Below the pieces are notes generated by a model. It saw only the letters and a program-made list of their open reading frames with translations, had not been told where the DNA came from and searched no databases. 64,000 nucleotides of DNA from Mobula hypostoma (Eukaryota), in NCBI RefSeq assembly GCF_963921235.1, contig NC_086097.1, positions 10,788,001 to 10,852,000 on the forward strand, in the 5' to 3' direction. The stretch's first letter is position 1. Each line of letters starts with the position of its first letter. Shown here piece after piece: positions 26,756 to 37,033 of this stretch. A program made the position numbers and the translations under genes.

Positions 26756-26952
26756 TGTGGTGATATCACGTGTCACGTATAAGAACGTGATTGGACAGAG
26801 TTCTGAGCATGCACAGAAATGAGAGAATGATCTAGAAACTTGTATGTTAAAAATGTGGTTGCTGTTGCTGTTGTAAATAAAAGCTCTAGCTTTAGTTCTT
26901 CCAGAATATGGTTTGTTCTTAGTAACCCACGGTACATATAAAGAACACAACA
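26756..26952 (+). repeat. 5' LTR (197 bp, TG...CA)
   Basis: The first 74 nt match 30253-30326 with 5 A/G mismatches; contains AATAAA; directly followed by the PBS. Confidence 0.9.
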
Positions 26953-26963
26953 TGGTGTCAGAA
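26953..26963 (+). promoter_or_regulatory. Primer binding site, tRNA-Leu type
   Basis: TGGTGTCAGAA is complementary to the 3' end UUCUGACACCA, recalled as tRNA-Leu(CAA). Confidence 0.8.
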
Positions 26964-27064
26964 CTCAGTCTGGAAGAATAATGCGTTTCGCTATCACGGG
27001 AGAAGTGAAGATAATCAAAAAAAAAGGGTGCGAACTTTTTCGTTGTTTGCTAACAGCTTTAAAA

Positions 27065-27830
27065 ATGGAAGTTTTGCAACCCCCATCAATGCCTCAGCTG
27101 ACTGGAAACGCAGCTGAAAACTGGAAAAGATTTAAACAGCGTTTTGAAATTTATTTATTGCCGATCGGAGCAGATAATAAAACGGAAAAACTGAAAGGTG
27201 TAATTCTACTCCACATAATGGGTGATGATGCAATTGAGGTATATAACCATTTTACTTTTGATAATGGAGATAATTTGAATCTAAAAGCGATAATTGACAA
27301 GTTTCATGTGTTTTGTATATCGAAGCGCAATGTGATGTATGAACGATGCAAATTCTTTACATGCAAGCAGAAAGCTGGTCAAACGATTGATCAATTTGTT
27401 ACGGAATTAAGAAACCACAGTAAAACATGCGAGTTTGCCCAACTGACGGACTCTCTCATTAAAGACAGAATTGTTTGTGGCATTCTGGATAATGCTCTGA
27501 GAGAAAAACTCTTAAGAGAATCAGACGTGGATTTGGAAAAAAGCTTTGAATCTCTGCAAAACTTCAGAATCTGTGACATTGCAGGCTAAAGAGCTTCTTA
27601 CTGAGATCTGCGTAGACGCTGTAAAACACGAACATATTAGAAATAATTATGGATCAACAACGAAACCGACAGAGAAAGACATCATCTGAAATAAAAAAAT
27701 CTGTGATCACTGTGGGCAGCAACATCGAGCAAAAAACTGTCCAGTGTATGGAAAAATGTGCAATCACTGTGGTAAGAGTAATCATTTCTCATGCTGTTGC
27801 AGAAGGAGAAAGGAAATAAAACACGTAAAT
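27065..27830 (+). pseudogene. gag: Gypsy gag (frameshifted) with two zinc knuckles
   Basis: GNAAENWKRFKQRFEIY and LIKDRIVCGI motifs; CDHCGQQHRAKNC and CNHCGKSNHFSCCC at about 27702-27800. Confidence 0.88.
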
Positions 27831-27899
27831 ACAGTGCTTAAAAATGAACGTGAGGAGTTTTATATAAATGTGCTTTGTGAAAACAAATGAAGTAAGAAT

Positions 27900-29610
27900 G
27901 ACTGGACTATTCCATTGCAAGTGAATCAAAACAATATTCTGTTTAAACTTGATACTGGAGCACAAGTAAATGTTCTTGCAGAATCTGAGTTTAATACATT
28001 AAAGCCAAGACCAAAGTTACATCGGACAAATATAAAAGTGAGTGGGTATTCAGGTGCAGACCTTCCAGTTAAGGGAACATAGAAACATAGAAACATAGAA
28101 AATAGGTGCAAGAGTAGGCCATTCAGCCCTTCGAGCCTGCACTGCCATTCAGTATGATCATGGCTGATCATCCAACTCAGAACCCTGTATTAGCCTTCCC
28201 TCCATACCCACTGATCCCTTTAGCCACAAGGGCCATATCTAACTCCCTCTTAAATATAGCCAATGAACTGGCCTCAACTGTTTCCTGTGGCAGGAAATTC
28301 CACAGATTCACCACTCTGTGCGTGAAGAAGTTTTTCCTAATCTCGGTCCTAAAAGGCTTCCCCTTTATCCTCAAACTGTGACCCCCCCGTTCTGGACTTC
28401 CCAACATCGGGAACAATCTTCCTGCATTTAGCCTGTCCAATCCCTTTAGGATTTTATACGTTTCAATAAGATCCCCACTCAATCTTCTAAATTCCAGAGA
28501 AGTATAAGCCTAGTCGATCCAGTCTTTCATCATATGAAAGTCCTGCCATCCCAGGAATCAATCGGTGAACCTTCTTTGTACTCCCTCTATGGCAAGAATG
28601 TCCTCCCCCACATTAGGGGACCAAAACAATACTCCAGGTGTGGGCTCACCAAGGCCTTGTACGACTGCAGCTGTACCTCCCTGCTCCTGTACTCGAATCC
28701 TCTTACTATGAATGCCAGCATACCATTCGCCTTTTTCACCGCCTGCTGTACCTGCATGCCAGCTTTCAATGACTGGCGTATAATGACACCCAGGTCTCGT
28801 TGCACCTCCCCTTTTCCTAATTGGCCACCATTCAGATAATAATCTGTTTTCCTATTTTTGCCACCAAAGTGGATAACCTCACATTTATCCACATTAAATT
28901 GCATCTACCATGAATTTGCCCACTCACGTAACCTATCCAAGTCACCCTGCATCCTCTTAGCATCCTCCTCACAGCTAACACTGAAGCCCAGCTTCATGTC
29001 ATCTACAAAATTGGAGATGCTGCATTTAATTCCCTCATCTAAGTCATTAATATATATTGTAAACAACTGGGGTCCCAGCACTGAGCCTTGCGGTACCCCA
29101 CTAGTCACTGCCTGCCATTCTGAAAAGGTCCCGTTTATTCCCACTCTTTGCTTCCTGTCTGCCAACCAATTCTCTATCCACATCAATACCTTACCCCCAA
29201 TACCATGTGCTTTAATTTTGCACACTAATCTCCTGTGTGGGACCTTGTCAAAAGCCTTTTGAAAATCCAAATATACCACATCCACTGGTTCTCCCCATCC
29301 TCTCTACTAGTTACATCCTCAAAAAATTCTGTGAGGTTCGTCAGACGTGATTTTCCTTTCACAAATCCATGCTGATTTTGTCTGATGATTTCACTGCTTT
29401 CCAAATGTGCTGTTATCACATCTTTGATAACTGACTCTAACATGTGTGGCAAAAGTATCACACAAAAATATGGTGCACATGCTTTCATTTGTGGTTGTGC
29501 CAAAGAATGTACAGTCAATAATGGGTCTATCTGCCTGTGAGAGACTGAATTTGGTGGAAAGAATATTAGCCCTGGACAGTGACACAGTGTCAGAATACAG
29601 TGACTTGATG
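27900..29610 (+). pseudogene. pol: Gypsy aspartic protease and linker, split by a CR1 insertion
   Basis: FKLDTGAQVNVL at about 27942-27977. VKGT/CVAKV...SIMGLSACERLNLV resumes at about 29443. Confidence 0.88.
28081..29438 (-). mobile_element. Young CR1 LINE inserted into the Gypsy protease
   Basis: Closely similar to 35612-37033; AACAT duplicated at 28076-28080 and 29439-29443; (ATAGAAAC)n tail. Confidence 0.92.
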
Positions 29611-29963
29611 AAAGAGCAAGAGAGAGCAGAATTTGATTCCAACGCGGCAAAAGTAAAAGAATTCATAAAGAAAGCTCCCAGACCATCCCTTTGTTACCAG
29701 CATCTGACAAAGCATTGCCCCCAGAACCAGGACTTGCAGTAGGACAGAGGCCAAACTTGCCGGTACAGTACAATACTGATCTGAAGCCAAAGAGTGACAA
29801 GAATCAGGATCCAATTGAAGAACTGAAAGCACAATTGAGAAGTTTTATTGAAATGATGAAGTCTCAGCATAAAAAAGAGATTTCACAGTTAATGAATGAA
29901 TTAGATGAAGAAAAGAAGATTCGTATTTCATTACAAATGGAAGTGGAAGGAATTAAGAAAGCT
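29611..29963 (+). pseudogene. SH3KBP1: Captured fragment resembling the SH3KBP1/CIN85 C-terminus (Pro/Ser region plus coiled coil)
   Basis: [50 protein letters not shown] versus recalled human CIN85 [63 protein letters not shown] versus SDNKASLPPKPG. Confidence 0.85.
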
Positions 29964-30194
29964 ACAGTACTTGAAAAAGTACAACCCAGATCATACCTGG
30001 TCCAAACAGAAGAAGGAACAGTGTTAAGAAAAAATCGCAAACACCTTAAGAAAGAGCCGACTTCAGAGTTTCAGTTAACTGATGCAGACCAGACAAAACA
30101 TGGAAATAACAACAAAACACAAGAACTGTGTGAACCACTTAGAAGGTCTACTCGTGTTCGTAAACCCCCAGAGAGACTGATAGAGACATGTTAA
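29955..30194 (+). pseudogene. pol: Gypsy integrase C-terminal tail
   Basis: ATVLEKVQPRSYLVQTEEGTVLRKNRKHL...LRRSTRVRKPPERL, a typical Gypsy pol C-terminus. Confidence 0.88.
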
Positions 30195-30239
30195 ATTATG
30201 CATTTGTTCTGGTTAATGTTGCTAATTGTTTTTCTTTTT

Positions 30240-30326
30240 AAGGAAAGGAAGTTGTGGTGATATCACATATCACGTGTGAGAACGTGATTGGACAGAGTTC
30301 TGAGCATGCGCAGAAATGAGAGAATG
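30240..30326 (+). repeat. PPT (30240-30251) and truncated 3' LTR (30253-30326)
   Basis: AAGGAAAGGAAG followed by TGTGGTGATATCAC..., matching the 5' LTR until it breaks off at 30326. Confidence 0.88.
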
Positions 30327-30692
30327 GTAGTTTGCCTCCCAGGTGCCAGAGTCTGGGATATTTCAGATTGCGTCCAAGATATCCTGCAGTGGGAAGGAGA
30401 ACAGACAGAGGTCATGGTACATATTGGTACCAATGATATAGATAGGAAAAGGGCAGAAGTCCTGAAAAAAGAGTACAGGGAGTTAGGAAGGAAGTTGAGA
30501 AGCAGGAGAGCAAAGGTAGTAATCTCGGGATTACTGCCTGTGCCACGCGACAGTGAGAATAGGAATAGAATGAGGTGGAGGATAAATGTGTGGCTGAGGG
30601 ATTGGAGTAGGGGGCAGGGATTCAGATTTTTGGATCATTGGGACCTCTTTTGGGGCAGGTGTGACCTATACAAAAAGGATGGGTTGCACTTG
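30324..30692 (+). mobile_element. CR1 ORF1 fragment (SGNH esterase-like domain)
   Basis: MVVCLPGARV, VHIGTND, VVISGLLPVPR and DGLHL motifs. Confidence 0.88.
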
Positions 30693-31297
30693 AAGCTGTA
30701 CTGTGAACCTCACAACTTTAACTTCTCACTCTTTATCCAGCTTTCACGCGTGATGCAGGGTGATTCACCGCACCGTTTTAGTGCTAAATAAAAACATCTT
30801 GGTCCTGGTGTTTAACAATCTTTCTGTCAGATTCAGTTTGAAGGCAAAATATGTGCAACTAAGGATAAGTTTGAACTTAGATGCCTTGAGGTTCCCTGAA
30901 ATTTATATACAGATTTATACCAAAAGTGTCTCTTTGAACATCACACTAAAATCTGTCCTCCTATTTCTGCTGATTTCGCAAACAATGACTGGGACTATTT
31001 ATTCAATTCCATCAATGCCGCCTGGCCTACTGAGTTCCTTCAGCATTTTGTGTATGTTGCTTTCGGTTTCCAGCATTGCAGACTTTCTTGGGTTAATGAA
31101 TGGGTTTTTTTAAAAATACTTTGTGAAAATAATATGGCTATATAATAAAATAAAAGATGAAATTCTTCTTCTTCTGCAGTCAATATTATCCTGACTTCTT
31201 TCTTTCTACTCCTGCATGTTCTGTGGTGAATTGAGGCCAATGTAGAATCAGCAGGCAAAGAACAAGAGATCCCTGTAGAGTTGGAAGATGTGCAACC

Positions 31298-31448
31298 TGT
31301 AAAATGGTCCTCTCCTTCCATTGGTTACATAGGCCTTGTGTGGGTAACTTGTAAAATGGTCCTCTCCTTCCATTGGTTACACAGGCCTTGTGTGTGTAAC
31401 TTATAAAATGGTCCTCTCCTTCCATTGGTTACATAGGCCTTGTGTGTG
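31298..31448. repeat. Minisatellite, 52-bp unit, about 2.9 copies
   Basis: Unit tgtaaaatggtcctctccttccattggttacataggccttgtgtgggtaact starts at 31298, 31350 and 31402. Confidence 0.95.
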
Positions 31449-34400
31449 CCCCTCATGCAAGCACTCCAGGTTCCCAATACCATCCCAGATTCCCCTTTAC
31501 CACATGAGCTGGGATATTATAATTTTGAACAGCACACAAAAATGGTGGAGGAACTCAAGAGATTAGGTGGTGTCCATGGAGGGAACTGAACAGTCAATGA
31601 TTCGGGCCAATCAAGACGGGTTGCAATTTTTCAAGGAAGTTTGAACACATCCTTGAATGCTCTCCTGTCTACCTGGTCATTTCTTCCTATGAAGGAGAGA
31701 AGATTAGAGTAAACACAGAAGATTCTGCAGACGCTGGAAACCTTGAGCAACACACACTAACTGCCCTTGAATGGAAAATCCTACAGAAAGTAATGGATAT
31801 GGCCCAGTCCATCATGGCTAAAATTCTCCTCACCACTGAGCACATCTACATGGAGCATTGTGGCAGGAAAGCAGCATCTATCATCAGGGAATCCCACCAC
31901 CCAGGATGTGCTCTCTTCTTACTGCTGCCATCAGGAAGAAGGTGTAGGAGCCTCAGGGCCCACACCACTAGGTTAAGACAGTTATTACCTCTCAGCCATC
32001 AGGTCCCTGAACAAGAGGGGATAACTTCACTCAACTTCACTTCCCCATCACTGAAAAGTTCCCACAACCTATTGACTCACTTTCAAGGACTCATCTCATG
32101 TTCTCGATATTTATTGCTGATTCATTTTTTTATTTTTTATTTTTGTATTTTCACAGTTCGTTGCCTCTTGTACACTGGTTGTCTGGCCTGTTGGTGCGGT
32201 CTTTCATTGATTCTGTTATGGGTATTGGATTTACTGAGTTTATCTGTAAGAAAATACATCTCAGGGTCTTCTATGGTGACATATATGTACTTTGATAATA
32301 AATTTACTTTGAACTTTGAGCTATGAATTTCAGAGGAACCCAGCAAATCAGGTAGCATCTATGGAGAGGAATGAACAGTTGACATTTTGGACTGTGATCC
32401 TTCAGCTGAATAGAGTATGTGTATCACAGCAACACATGCTGGATGAGAAAGGTGGCAACCAACGACACTCATTTTCTTGTATTCTAGTGATCTTGTGTCT
32501 GATGTCAAGCTTACAAGCAACATTTAATGCATCTAACTATTACACTGCAACAAAAATGCATTAAAAATAATCCATATTCTTTATTGAATTCCATCATAGA
32601 TCAGTGTCTCTCAGGCTTTGTCGAGATAAGGAAAATAATGGACTAGAACTTGTTTGATTCTATTTCTCCTAGAGCCCAAAAAATGTTCAAAAATATTTAA
32701 GATCAGTTGGACTGGAAATGATTATTTTTAAATTCATAGTGATTGCAAAAATGTAAAATATATTAACTAAGAAGACCAAAATACTTATAAATACCTATAA
32801 ATTACTGATGTTGAGCAAAGCAATTAGAAAGATTAATGTGCCATTTCTTCTAAATCTTTTTCCTACTATTTCCCTTGAAATCAATTGAACACTGGTGTGG
32901 GATCCAATGTGTGATATCCTGGTGTAATGCTGAGAATGGCAGAACAAACTGACAGATTCAGTCTTCACATCCGTTAATGAGTCCCAGTTTTCTGCGATTC
33001 AGTCTGCTGATGCCGGAGTTTGGCACTAACTTCCACTTCAACGGCTGAATTCTGATGTTTCCAATTGAAGCTGCCAGCAACAGAAAGGCTGAACCGATCT
33101 AATGAGATCCCAGGGAGAAAAAGATTAGAAGACAGGAGGATGCTGGGAGAAGCCAACTCTGTAAGCTGAGGCCCAACACCCTCAGCTTCACGGTGTGGAA
33201 TTCCTGAATGAATATAACAATCCCACATTTTCTGGCCAAGATTTCCCAGCTACAATCCAAGATTGGCCTCCAACATTGTCTACATGGAATGCATACTTAT
33301 TGAATTCCCTAATAATTACGATGGAATTCTAATGCTAAACCACAACCAGGCTAGACAGATTTTTGGACTATACAGACTATTCATTCTTTTGTTTCTTCCT
33401 TTTTCTTTTGCACATTGGTTGTTGGTCAGTCTTTGTGAATATTTTTTGTAAAATTCTGTTGTATTTTTTCCTGTAAATGCCTGCATGCAAATTAATATTA
33501 AGATAGTATAGGACATGCAGTATACATACTTTGATAATCTATTATCAAAGAGGAAAATAGATCAGCCATGATGAAATGGTGCAGCAGACTTGATGGGCCA
33601 AATGGCCGAATTCTTCTCCTATATTTTATGGTCTTTGAACTTTGAACTCGTTCAATTGAAAAGCAATGTTTGCAAAGGAGAAGAGGGAAAAAATACCATG
33701 CACATTTAAATTCATTTTGTTTACCTTAATATTTTAATTGGTCAGAAGTATTTCAAGTGATTTATTTCTTTGTCCATTTGTTTTTAAGTTATTTTGTTTA
33801 ATAGGTTATAAATGTACTGGGGTATCAGAAACGTTCAAATCCTCAGGAGGTTTGACAGCTAGAATGGCTGGGCCAGAGTCTGTCCAGGCAGAATTTTATT
33901 CCATCTCTCCCCGAATAGGCTTAATCTGGTCCACCCCGATGATATCGTTACTGTACATCACTCAGGGCTTGTTACTGCACAGTGTTCAGCAACTGGTTCC
34001 CATTCAACACTTCCAAGCAAGGCACTGTCTGTTGGTAGTTCTTCCAGATAGAGCAGCGGTGGGAGGAGGATCACCACTGCCAATTGGTTCTGGACCATTA
34101 GCTCTTCCAGCTCATTAAATACAGCCTTTAATGAGGATTTATTGGCAACAAAAATCTGTTTGGAAGTTCTGTTCAGGAAAATAAGAGGTAGAAAACAGTT
34201 GATAATAGGATTAAGATTACATGTTCTTAACCTAAACTGTGAGGAAAATAGCCATCATTTTATAAACACCGATGCTGGAAATCCAGACCAACACACATTA
34301 AACAGTGGACCTGCTGAGATCCTCCAGCACTTTGTGTATGTTGGTCCTCATTTTAAAACCCACAGCAAAATGGATTATTCACCAAGGCAGGCTCTTAATT

Positions 34401-34899
34401 GTCATATTTTCAGCTTTTGAAAACCAAGCTGTTATTTTTCGACACAAAGATAGTAAAAGAGCCAACATTTACTATTACCACACATAATTATTTTAGTACA
34501 GTAATAACAAGCTCAATAGTTCAATGGTTCAGAGATTCAATTTAATATCAGAGAATGTATACAGTATATAACCTGAAATTCTCACTCTTCGCAGAGACGT
34601 CCACAAAACAGAGAGAAAAAAAAGATCCTCAAAGACCATGATCTAGAGTCCATCAAGAGCTACTGATCATCCCAACACTCGCCACGTCAACAGGCCCTCT
34701 CTCTCACTAACGAGGGACAGAGAGAGAGATCGCTCCTGCCACAGCAAAAGGGGAGGCCAACAGCTCACTATTTCCATGTTACAGCCTGACTCAAGAATCA
34801 ACAAACCCTCTCTCAGTATTCAGAGTCGTTTATGCAGGCTTTATCTGCAAAGGGTCACCTTGTGCTTTTAGCATTGAGCTCACATGTGGTCTGGGGTGA

Positions 34900-35610
34900 T
34901 AAAGTCATTGCACACTACAGCAGAGAAACGGGGCCTTTGGCCCATCCAGTTCATGTCAAATCATTATTCTGCTTCGTCCTGCACCCAGACCATAGCCATC
35001 GAGACCCTCCTATCCATGAACCTATCCAAATTTCTCTTAAATGTTGAAATCAAACCTGCATCCACCATTTCTGCTAGCAGCTCGTTCCACACTCTCAGCA
35101 TCCTCTGAATGAAGAAGTTCCACCTCATGTTCCTCTTGAACATTTCACACTTCACCCTTAACCCATGACCTCTTGTTCAAATCTCATCCAGCCTCTGTGG
35201 AAAAAGCTAGCTTACATTTACCCAAGCTATATCCCTCATAATTTTGTCTGCCTCTATCAAATCTCCCCAAAATCTCCGACACTCCAGGGAATAAAATCCT
35301 AACCTATTCAACCTTTCCCTATAACTCAAGTCCTCAAGTCCTGGCAAAATCCTTGTAAATTTTGTCTGTATACTTTCAATCTTATTGATAGCATTCCTGC
35401 AAATAGGTGACCAGAACTCCAAATGTCTCATACACTTCAACATAACATCCCATCTCCTGTACACTGATTTAGGACCCTATCTACCTGTAACACCACTTTC
35501 AAGGAATTATGGATCTGTATTCCCAGATCCCTCTGTTCTACTGCACTCCTCAGTGCCCTACTGTTAACTGAGGACAAACATTTTCCTGATTTGTCCTCCC
35601 AAAGTGCAAC
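34900..35610 (-). mobile_element. Old CR1 3' fragment (continues at about 37034-37130)
   Basis: Minus-strand TRILPGLEDLSYRERLNRLG and NFFIQRMLRVWNEL. Confidence 0.8.
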
Positions 35611-35611
35611 A

Positions 35612-37033
35612 TAGAAACATAGAAACATAGAAAATAGGTGCAGGAGTAGGCCATTTGGCCCTTCAAGCCTGCACCGCCATTTATTATGATCATGGCTGAT
35701 CATCCAACTCAGAACCCTGCCCCAGCCTTCCCTCCATACCCCCCGACCCCCGTAGCCACAAGGGCCATATCTAACTCCCTCTTAAATATAGCCAATGAAC
35801 TGGCCTCAACTGTTTCCTGTGGCAGAGAATTCCACAGATTCACCACTCTCTGTGTGAAGAAGTTTTTCCTAATCTCGGTCCTAAAAGGCTTCCCCTCTAT
35901 CCTCAAACTGTGACCCCTCGTTCTGGACTTCCCCAACATCGGGAACAATCGTCCTGCATCTCTCCTGTCCAATCCCTTTAGGATCTTATACGTTTCAATC
36001 AGATCCCCCCTCAATCTTCTAAATTCCAACGAGTACAAGCCCAATTCATTCAGTCTTTCTTCATATGAAAGTCCCGCCATCCCAGGAATCAATCTGGTGA
36101 ACCTTCTTTGTACTCCCTCTATGGCAAAGATGTCTTTCCTCAGATTAGGGGACCAAAACTGCACACAATACTCCAGGTGTGGTCTCACCAAGGCCTTGTA
36201 CAACTGCAGTAGTACGTCCCTGCTCCTGTACTCGAATCCTCTCGCTATAAATGCCAGCATACCATTCGCCTTTTTCACCTCCTGCTGTACCTGCATGCCC
36301 ACTTTCAATGACTGGTGTATAATGACACCCAGGTCTCGTTGCACCTCCCCTTTTCCTAATCGGCCACCATTCAGATAATAATCTGTTTTCCTATTTTTGC
36401 CACCAAAGTGGATAACTTCACATTTATCCACATTAAATTGCATCTGCCGTGAATTTGCCCACTCACCCAAACTATCCAAGTCACCCTGCATCCTCTTAGC
36501 ATCCTCCTCACTGCTAACACTGCCACCCAGCTTCGTGTCATCTGCAAACTTGGAGATGCTGCATTTAATTCCCTCATCCAAGTCATTAATATATATTGTA
36601 AACAACTACTGTCCCAGCACTGAGCCTTGCGGTACCCCACTAGTCACCGCCTGCCATTCTGAAAAGGTCCCGTTTATTCCCACTCTTTGCTTCCTGTCTG
36701 CTAACCAATTCTTCACCCACACCAATACCTTACCCCCAATACCGTGTGCTTTAAGTTTGCACACTAATCTCCTGTGTGGGACCTTGTCAAAAGCCTTTTG
36801 AAAATCCAAATATACCACATCCACTGGTTCTCCCCTATCCACTCTACTAGTTACATCCTCAAAAAATTCTATGAGATTCGTCAGACATGATTTTCCTTTC
36901 ACAAATCCATGCTGACTTTGTCCGATCATTTCGCTGCTTTCCAAATGTGCTGTTATCACATCCTTGATAACTGACTCCAGCAGTTTCCCCACCACCGACG
37001 TTAGGCTAACCGGTCTATAATTCCCCGGTTTCT
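35612..37033 (-). mobile_element. Young CR1 LINE, (TTTCTATG)n tail family
   Basis: ORFs 36606-36995 and 35709-36605 separated by a single stop; near-identical to 7995-9029. Confidence 0.93.

Larger units (their letters stand above)
26756..30326 (+). mobile_element. Ty3/Gypsy LTR retrotransposon, internally deleted, carrying a captured host sequence
   Basis: 5' LTR, PBS, gag, CCHC knuckles, protease, integrase tail, PPT and partial 3' LTR occur in the expected order. RT, RNase H and the integrase core are absent. Confidence 0.92.

Noticed and set aside
29691..30194. ORF as the genuine SH3KBP1 locus or an intact novel gene
   Set aside because: No SH3 domains or other exons are present, the start is TTG, and the ORF is embedded between Gypsy protease and integrase tail inside LTRs.
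31298..31448. Regularly spaced repeats as a CRISPR array
   Set aside because: The units are head-to-tail with no unique spacers, there are no cas genes, and the context is vertebrate.
33738..34118. 126-aa ORF in unique sequence as an exon
   Set aside because: No recognisable domain in the frames I translated and no convincing splice sites.
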